DNA of 13,291 nt from a virus. Both the position numbers and the translations under genes were made by a program. The stretch lies in the UHGV virus genome UHGV-0257054. The stretch is one strand, 5' to 3'. Shown here piece after piece: positions 7,438 to 13,291 of the stretch (the stretch's first letter is position 1; every line of letters begins with the position of its first letter). The notes beneath the pieces were generated by a model. It ran no database searches. It had not been told where the DNA came from and worked only from the letters and a program-made list of their open reading frames with translations.

Positions 7438-8697
7438 ATGGCTAACCAATTAGCAAAAGACCTTGAAATCATGTTCGAAAACTACGTTGAAGGCTTTGAG
7501 GCCGCCTGCGTAGTTTCCCGTAACGCTAAAAAATTCCGTCCCGGTGATACAGCAATGCAGCGAGCAGGTGATGTTCTGTATCGTCCGCAGCATTACCACA
7601 TGAACATTGAGGAAGGCCTCGACCTCAGCGGAAAAACGCCTACAGCACTGGTTCAGCGCCTTGTTCCTTCTGTATTCAAGGAGCCGAAAAACATTCTGTA
7701 CACTCTGGATGCGCGTGAAATGCGTGACCCTGAGCATAAAACTGAAGCTGGTCGCGCCGCAGGTATGCGCCTTGCTGCACAGATTGACTCTGACCTGATT
7801 TCCATGGTCACGCAGCGTGCTACTAACGTGATCACAATGGCTGACTCAACCACAGGTACACAGGGCCGTGATTTGTGGAACTGTGCGGCAGGTATTGATG
7901 CCACCATGACGGCGATTGGTGTACCTCAGGGTATCAACCGTCGCTCTTTCTGGAACCCCTTCAACTACAAAGACCTTGCTGGCGAGCTTGGTCACCGTGC
8001 CTATGCTCAGGGCGCAACCCTGACAGCATACGAAAAAGCGCAGATCCCTCCGGTTGCTTCCTTTGATAGCTACAAGACCGATATTTCCGGTCGATTACCG
8101 GCAGGAAGCGCTGAAACCTTGACAGTATCAAATCAACCTGAACACAAGGTTGAAGCGAAAGATTCAAATGGCATGCCTGTTGATAACCGACAGGGGACCA
8201 TTACGGTATCTGCTAAAGGCTTGCAGGTTGGCGATGCGTTTACCATCGCGGGTGTGAATTCCGTACACCAGATCACCAAAGATACCACCGGGCAGCCGCA
8301 GGTATTCCGCGTTCTGGCAGTAGACACAGCAGGAACCACCGTAACAATCTCTCCAAAGATTCTCCCTGTTGGAAATGCCGATGTTGCGAGTCGTCCATAT
8401 GCAAACGTCGATGCCAAACCGGCAGAATCAGCAGCAATCACCATTCTCAACAAGAAAGCAGCACCGGCTAACCTGTTCTGGGCTGATGGTTCTGTTGAGC
8501 TGATGTACGGCAAACTAGCGTTCCCGACTGGTCAGGGTCCACAGGTAATGACAGCAACCACCGAGCAGGGCGCTACGCTGATCATGTCTTACGCCTTCGA
8601 CCACATCAAAGGCGTAACCACTGCTCGTTTCACCACTCTGTACGGTTGCTCTGTACTGGTTCCTGAATATACGGGCATCGTTATTGCCGGGCAGTAA
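7438..8697 (+). CDS. Major capsid (coat) protein (P22 gp5-like, HK97 fold)
   Basis: 419 aa immediately after the scaffold gene, with a GGAG RBS. Size and position match P22-like coat proteins. Followed by a strong terminator. Confidence 0.9.
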   Translation: MANQLAKDLEIMFENYVEGFEAACVVSRNAKKFRPGDTAMQRAGDVLYRPQHYHMNIEEGLDLSGKTPTALVQRLVPSVFKEPKNILYTLDAREMRDPEHKTEAGRAAGMRLAAQIDSDLISMVTQRATNVITMADSTTGTQGRDLWNCAAGIDATMTAIGVPQGINRRSFWNPFNYKDLAGELGHRAYAQGATLTAYEKAQIPPVASFDSYKTDISGRLPAGSAETLTVSNQPEHKVEAKDSNGMPVDNRQGTITVSAKGLQVGDAFTIAGVNSVHQITKDTTGQPQVFRVLAVDTAGTTVTISPKILPVGNADVASRPYANVDAKPAESAAITILNKKAAPANLFWADGSVELMYGKLAFPTGQGPQVMTATTEQGATLIMSYAFDHIKGVTTARFTTLYGCSVLVPEYTGIVIAGQ

Positions 8698-8703
8698 TTT
8701 TAG

Positions 8704-8724
8704 TGGGGCTTCGGCCCCATTTTT
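8704..8724 (+). terminator. Rho-independent terminator just after the coat gene
   Basis: Stem TGGGGC/GCCCCA with TTCG tetraloop, followed by TTTTTATT, 7 nt after the coat stop codon. Confidence 0.7.
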
Positions 8725-8738
8725 ATTGGGAGAAGACA

Positions 8739-8927
8739 ATGGCACGAACAATGCTCTATAAGCCTGGCAACATGATCACCTGTGGTCAGTTTGCTGTCGA
8801 TTACATCATTGTTGATGACGAAGAAGTTAAATCTCACCTGAAAAAAGGCTGGGTAAAAACCCCTGAAGAAACCGCAACGAAGCAAAAAGTGGCTAAGGCG
8901 GAAGAAGATGGCGAAAACGAAGGGTGA
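8739..8927 (+). CDS. Hypothetical small protein (62 aa) between the coat and gp4-like genes
   Basis: ATG at 8739 with GGGAGAAG upstream. The ORF track's 8703 start is a GTG inside the terminator stem and is unlikely. The 3' end overlaps the gp4-like start by 20 nt in another frame. Confidence 0.5.
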   Translation: MARTMLYKPGNMITCGQFAVDYIIVDDEEVKSHLKKGWVKTPEETATKQKVAKAEEDGENEG

Positions 8928-9369
8928 TCTCGTTCTTAAGGCTTTACGAAAAGCCGGGCTGTATTCCAATGCCACGTTGACAGATGCTGACCCTCAGGCA
9001 ATTGAAGATGCCATTAATGACCTCGAAGACATGATGGCAGCATGGCAGGCGAAAGGTATCGAGCTTGGGTATCAGTTTGCTGATACAGAAAACGGCATCA
9101 TGCCGTTACCTGACGATGATTCAGGTATCCCTGCATGGGCAAATGATGGCGTCGCTTTGAAGCTCGCTGTGCAAGTGTGCATGGATAACGTCATTCAGCC
9201 GTCGGATGCTCTCCTTACCGCTGCTGACAGTGCATATCAGACAATCTGCATCGCTTTAACCAAAATACCACCACTTGAGCGGCGAAATGACATGCCTCGC
9301 GGTAGTGGTAACAAAAGCGCGTTTACGTGGAATCGGTTTTACATCGAGAAAGATGATCCGAGTACGTGA
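8908..9369 (+). CDS. Head-to-tail adaptor / head completion protein (P22 gp4-like)
   Basis: 153 aa. The N-terminus MAKTKGDLVLKALRKAG...ATLTDADPQAIEDAINDLEDMMAAWQ matches my recollection of the P22 gp4 N-terminal pattern. Correct synteny position. Confidence 0.85.
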   Translation: MAKTKGDLVLKALRKAGLYSNATLTDADPQAIEDAINDLEDMMAAWQAKGIELGYQFADTENGIMPLPDDDSGIPAWANDGVALKLAVQVCMDNVIQPSDALLTAADSAYQTICIALTKIPPLERRNDMPRGSGNKSAFTWNRFYIEKDDPST

Positions 9370-9378
9370 GGTGAATAA

Positions 9379-10797
9379 ATGCCGATTCAGCAACTTCCGC
9401 TTATGAAAGGTGTCGGCAAAGATTTCAGAAACGCCGACTATATCGACTATCTGCCAGTGAATATGTTGGCTACACCCAAAGAAATCCTGAACAGCAGCGG
9501 ATATCTTCGCTCATTCCCGGGCATTGCCAAACGTTCTGATGTGAACGGTGTATCGCGCGGAGTCGAGTACAACATGGCGCAGAATGCTGTATATCGCGTG
9601 TGTGGCGGCAAGCTGTATAAGGGCGAAAGCGAGGTCGGTGATGTTGCCGGAAGTGGTCGCGTATCAATGGCACACGGTAGGACATCACAGGCAGTAGGCG
9701 TTAATGGTCAACTGATCGAGTATCGCTATGATGGCACGGTTAAAACCGTCTCAAACTGGCCTGCAGACAGTGGATTCACTCAGTATGAGTTAGGTTCAGT
9801 TCGCGACATTACGCGCTTGCGTGGGCGTTATGCGTGGTCAAAAGACGGCACTGATTCATGGTTCATCACTGACCTTGAAGACGAATCGCATCCTGACCGT
9901 TACAGCGCACAATATCGCGCAGAATCGCAGCCGGACGGCATCATCGGTATCGGCACATGGCGAGATTTCATCGTCTGTTTTGGTTCATCGACGATTGAAT
10001 ATTTTTCCCTGACTGGTGCAACCACAGTTGGTGCTGCTTTGTATGTCGCACAGCCATCGCTGATGGTGCAGAAAGGCATTGCCGGGACTTACTGCAAAAC
10101 GCCGTTTGCTGATTCGTATGCGTTCATCAGCAATCCGGCAACAGGTGCGCCGTCTGTATATATCATCGGCTCCGGTCAGGTGTCACCAATCGCCAGCGCG
10201 AGCATTGAGAAAATTCTCCGCTCCTACACTGCTGATGAACTGGCTGATGGTGTGATGGAATCGCTGCGGTTTGATGCTCATGAGTTGCTGATTATCCACC
10301 TTCCGCGCCACGTCCTCGTGTACGACGCATCTTCAAGCGCCAATGGTCCGCAATGGTGTGTGTTGAAAACTGGCTTGTATGATGATGTGTACCGCGCTAT
10401 CGACTTCATTTACGAAGGAAATCAGATAACGTGCGGCGATAAGCTGGAATCTGTTACCGGGAAACTGCAATTCGACATCAGCAGCCAGTACGACAAGCAA
10501 CAAGAACACCTGCTGTTTACACCCCTCTTCAAAGCGGATAACGCCAGATGCTTCGATCTGGAGGTGGAATCATCGACGGGTGTTGCTCAGTATGCTGACC
10601 GCCTTTTTCTCTCTGCAACCACTGACGGCATCAATTACGGGCGTGAGCAGATGATTGAGCAGAATGAACCGTTCGTTTACGACAAACGCGTTTTGTGGAA
10701 GCGAGTAGGGCGCATCAGGAAAAATGTCGGCTTCAAATTGCGCGTTATCACGAAGTCACCTGTCACTCTGTCTGGCTGCTCTATTAGGCTGGAGTAA
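9379..10797 (+). CDS. Tail hub protein (P22 gp10-like)
   Basis: 472 aa, the same length as P22 gp10, in the syntenic position between the gp4-like and gp26-like genes. Confidence 0.85.
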   Translation: MPIQQLPLMKGVGKDFRNADYIDYLPVNMLATPKEILNSSGYLRSFPGIAKRSDVNGVSRGVEYNMAQNAVYRVCGGKLYKGESEVGDVAGSGRVSMAHGRTSQAVGVNGQLIEYRYDGTVKTVSNWPADSGFTQYELGSVRDITRLRGRYAWSKDGTDSWFITDLEDESHPDRYSAQYRAESQPDGIIGIGTWRDFIVCFGSSTIEYFSLTGATTVGAALYVAQPSLMVQKGIAGTYCKTPFADSYAFISNPATGAPSVYIIGSGQVSPIASASIEKILRSYTADELADGVMESLRFDAHELLIIHLPRHVLVYDASSSANGPQWCVLKTGLYDDVYRAIDFIYEGNQITCGDKLESVTGKLQFDISSQYDKQQEHLLFTPLFKADNARCFDLEVESSTGVAQYADRLFLSATTDGINYGREQMIEQNEPFVYDKRVLWKRVGRIRKNVGFKLRVITKSPVTLSGCSIRLE

Positions 10798-10799
10798 TA

Positions 10800-11294
10800 A
10801 TGATTTCACATGAAGAGTTGAAGCGTCATTTATCATATGACCCAGAAACCGGGGTTTTTACCCGAAAAATATCAAATACAGCGAGCGTCACCGTTGGTGA
10901 TGAAGCGGGAACCATGTGCACTGGTTATTTAAGGATAATGGTCTGTGGTAAGAGATACTTAGCGCATAGGCTTGCTTGGTTTTATATGACAGGAAAACCT
11001 GCAAATTGCTTAATAGATCATATTAACGGAGACAGAACGGATAACAGATTTTCAAATTTAAGATTGGCAAATAGATCCCAGAATGGGATGAACAGGAATA
11101 TTCAAAGAAATAATAAGTCAGGATATCCTGGTGTCTGTTGGCACAAAAATCTCTGCAAGTGGACTGTTTCTTTCAAGAAAAATAAAAAACAGGTTCACGT
11201 TGGATGCTTCGATGACCTGGACGAAGCTATCTCAGCATCAATGATGGCAAGAGCAGAAAATTTTGGAGAGTTTGCAAGGCAGAGGATTGAGTAA
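10800..11294 (+). CDS. HNH homing endonuclease with C-terminal AP2-type DNA-binding domain
   Basis: 164 aa. HNH motif region [43 protein letters not shown], followed by an AP2-like segment ([36 protein letters not shown]). Visibly AT-rich compared with flanking genes. Start is 2 nt after the gp10 stop; stop overlaps the gp26 ATG (TAATG). Confidence 0.85.
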   Translation: MISHEELKRHLSYDPETGVFTRKISNTASVTVGDEAGTMCTGYLRIMVCGKRYLAHRLAWFYMTGKPANCLIDHINGDRTDNRFSNLRLANRSQNGMNRNIQRNNKSGYPGVCWHKNLCKWTVSFKKNKKQVHVGCFDDLDEAISASMMARAENFGEFARQRIE

Positions 11295-11995
11295 TGGCGG
11301 ATTCATCACTGAATAATCCTGTCGCGGTTCAGGCTACGCGCCTTGATGCTTCAATTTTGCCACGCAATATATTCAGCCAGTCTTACCTGCTGTATGTCAT
11401 AAATCAGGGTGCTGATGTTGGCGCAATTGCCGGGAAGGCAAATCAGGCTGGTCAGGGCGCTTACGATGCTCAGGTAAAAAACGATGAACAGGACGTCGAA
11501 CTGGCAGATCACGACGCAAGAATCACCGCAAACACAAAAGCGATAAATCTCCTTGAGGTCAGGTTAACAACCGCCGAAGGGAAGATAGTCGTACTGCGTA
11601 GCGATGTTGATTACTTGCTGGATGAGGTTATCGATATTCAGGCGCATCTGGTCACAGTTGACCAAAGACTGGATGGCGTAGAAAGCGATGTATCTGACAT
11701 TAAGAGTGATTACGTATCGAAAACCGTAACCGAATTGCAGTCTCTTGAGTCACCGCTGGATGTAAAAACATCATATTCAGTTGATGGAATTCAGGTTGTT
11801 GGAGCAAGAAATACCGGATGGACTGCAGCCACAGGTACGCCACTTCTTGGCTCATTCAACGCTAACCAGTCATACACTGTCGGCACTACGTACACACAAT
11901 CCGAAGTCGCAGCTCTCGCTACAGGTTTGCAGCAGGCGCGGCAGCGTATTCTGGCGCTTGAAACGGCACTTAGATTACATGGGCTGATTGACTGA
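11294..11995 (+). CDS. Tail needle / plug protein (P22 gp26-like)
   Basis: 233 aa. The N-terminus [35 protein letters not shown]...[31 protein letters not shown] and the C-terminus ...[13 protein letters not shown] match my recollection of P22 gp26. The central coiled-coil heptads differ. Confidence 0.9.
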   Translation: MADSSLNNPVAVQATRLDASILPRNIFSQSYLLYVINQGADVGAIAGKANQAGQGAYDAQVKNDEQDVELADHDARITANTKAINLLEVRLTTAEGKIVVLRSDVDYLLDEVIDIQAHLVTVDQRLDGVESDVSDIKSDYVSKTVTELQSLESPLDVKTSYSVDGIQVVGARNTGWTAATGTPLLGSFNANQSYTVGTTYTQSEVAALATGLQQARQRILALETALRLHGLID

Positions 11996-12450
11996 TGATT
12001 ACATTCAAACCAACGCGAAACATCGACCTGATCGAAGCAGTCGGAAATCACCCTGACATTATCGCTGGTAGCAACAACGGTGATGGATACGACTACAAAC
12101 CTGAATGCCGTTACTTTGAGGTGAACGTACACGGGCAGTTTGGCGGCATTGTTTACTATCAGGAGATTCAGCCGCTGACATTCGATTGCCACGCCATGTA
12201 CCTGCCAGAGATTCGCGGCTTCAGCAAGGAAATCGGGCTGGCGTTCTGGCGATACATTCTGACTAACACCACCGCTCAGTGCGTCACATCGTTCGCTGCG
12301 CGCAAATTCCGCCACGGTCAGATGTACTGCGCAATGATTGGCCTTAAGCGAGTAGGAACCATCAAGAAATACTTCAAAGGCGTGGATGACGTGACATTTT
12401 ACAGCGCCACACGCGAAGAACTAATCGACTTCCTGAATCACGGGAGATAG
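11995..12450 (+). CDS. P22 gp14-like protein (position-based call; virion assembly or ejection-associated)
   Basis: 151-aa ORF whose ATG overlaps the needle stop (TGATG). Lies in the gp14 slot between the needle and the gp7-like gene. Not supported by sequence recognition. Confidence 0.6.
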   Translation: MITFKPTRNIDLIEAVGNHPDIIAGSNNGDGYDYKPECRYFEVNVHGQFGGIVYYQEIQPLTFDCHAMYLPEIRGFSKEIGLAFWRYILTNTTAQCVTSFAARKFRHGQMYCAMIGLKRVGTIKKYFKGVDDVTFYSATREELIDFLNHGR

Positions 12451-12452
12451 CC

Positions 12453-13145
12453 ATGTTATATGCATTTAAGCTGGGCAGGAAACTGCGCGGCGAGGAACCT
12501 TATTGCCCTGAAAAAGGCGGCAAAGGTGGCAGTTCTGATAAAAGCGCAAAGTATGCAGCAGAAGCTCAGAAGTATGCCGCAGACCTGCAAAATCAGCAGT
12601 TCAACACCATCATGAACAACCTGAAGCCGTTTACTCCTCTGGCTGATAAGTATGTCGGCAGCCTCGAGAACTTATCGTCTCTGGAAGGGCAAGGTCAGGC
12701 GCTTAACCAGTATTACAACTCCCAGCAGTACAAAGATCTTGCTGGTCAGGCTCGCTATCAGAGTCTGGCGGCAGCGGAAGCAACAGGTGGATTGGGTTCC
12801 ACCGCAACCAGTAATCAGTTAGCAACAATCGCACCAACGCTTGGTCAGCAATGGCTGTCTGGTCAGATGAACAACTACCAGAATCTGGCAAATATTGGTC
12901 TTGGCGCACTGCAAGGTCAGGCAAACGCCGGGCAGACATATGCCAACAACATGAGTCAGATTTCGCAGCAAAGTGCGGCTCTTGCAGCGGCAAATGCCAA
13001 CAGACCATCAGCAATGCAATCTGCTATTGGCGGAGGTGCTTCTGGTGCCATTGCTGGGGCTGGACTTGCGAAATTAATTGGTTCATCAACTCCGTGGGGG
13101 GCTGCGATCGGCGGTGGTCTTGGTCTGCTTGGCTCGTTGTTTTAA
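12453..13145 (+). CDS. Ejection (DNA transfer) protein, P22 gp7-like
   Basis: 230 aa. Q/N/A-rich, with a glycine-rich hydrophobic C-terminus (GGGASGAIAGAGLAKLIGSSTPWGAAIGGGLGLLGSLF) typical of an internal ejection protein. Correct position. Confidence 0.8.
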   Translation: MLYAFKLGRKLRGEEPYCPEKGGKGGSSDKSAKYAAEAQKYAADLQNQQFNTIMNNLKPFTPLADKYVGSLENLSSLEGQGQALNQYYNSQQYKDLAGQARYQSLAAAEATGGLGSTATSNQLATIAPTLGQQWLSGQMNNYQNLANIGLGALQGQANAGQTYANNMSQISQQSAALAAANANRPSAMQSAIGGGASGAIAGAGLAKLIGSSTPWGAAIGGGLGLLGSLF

Positions 13146-13155
13146 GGGGTAATCA

Positions 13156-13291
13156 ATGGCTACGTGGCAACAGGGTATTAATTCTGGTGGTTTTCTGGCT
13201 GGCATCGGTACGCAAAATGAGAATGCGCCAAAGGCAAGCGACATTAACGCAACGCTTGGTCTGATCCGCGAAAACAATGAACTGGCTCGCT
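13156..13291 (+). CDS. 5' end of the next ejection protein gene (P22 gp20-like), truncated by the window edge
   Basis: ATG at 13156 with GGGG upstream. Open to the window end ([45 protein letters not shown]). Position after the gp7-like gene. Confidence 0.65.
   Translation, partial: MATWQQGINSGGFLAGIGTQNENAPKASDINATLGLIRENNELAR

Noticed and set aside
8703-8738. GTG-initiated 5' extension of the small post-coat ORF (74-aa version in the ORF track)
   Set aside because: The GTG lies inside the terminator stem with no RBS. The ATG at 8739 with GGGAGAAG upstream is the plausible start.
12851-13264. 137-aa + strand ORF in an alternative frame overlapping the gp7-like gene and the gp20-like start
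   Set aside because: Trp/Cys/Arg-rich composition and complete overlap with a conserved ejection-protein gene. No RBS.
1-13291. CRISPR array, integrase/attachment site, or known defence-system genes
   Set aside because: No direct-repeat/spacer periodicity, no recombinase-like ORF and no recognisable defence domains. The window is a contiguous late operon.

Overview
This window is the late (lysis-to-virion) region of a P22-like temperate podophage or prophage of the Sf6 type (Lederbergvirus-like), probably from an enterobacterial host, with about 50% GC. All credible genes are on the + strand, tightly packed and often translationally coupled (ATGA, TAATG and TGATG junctions). In order: the 3' end of an endolysin gene, Rz with Rz1 embedded in the +1 frame, two tandem intrinsic terminators, a four-ORF accessory block (KilA-N protein, coupled 85-aa ORF, gp49/Sf6-gp66-family protein, 80-aa ORF), small and large terminase, portal, scaffold, coat, a strong terminator, a small ORF, gp4-like adaptor, gp10-like tail hub, an AT-rich HNH-AP2 endonuclease gene, gp26-like tail needle, gp14-like protein, gp7-like ejection protein and the start of a gp20-like ejection protein. 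Homology calls rest on my recollection of P22 and Sf6 proteins, not on a search. I found no CRISPR array, tRNA, integrase or known defence-system signature, and no clearly novel multi-gene system. The stretches most worth follow-up are the HNH endonuclease wedged between the tail hub and needle genes, the accessory block between lysis and packaging genes, and a repeated hairpin-GATAATG element that flanks the gp49-like gene.
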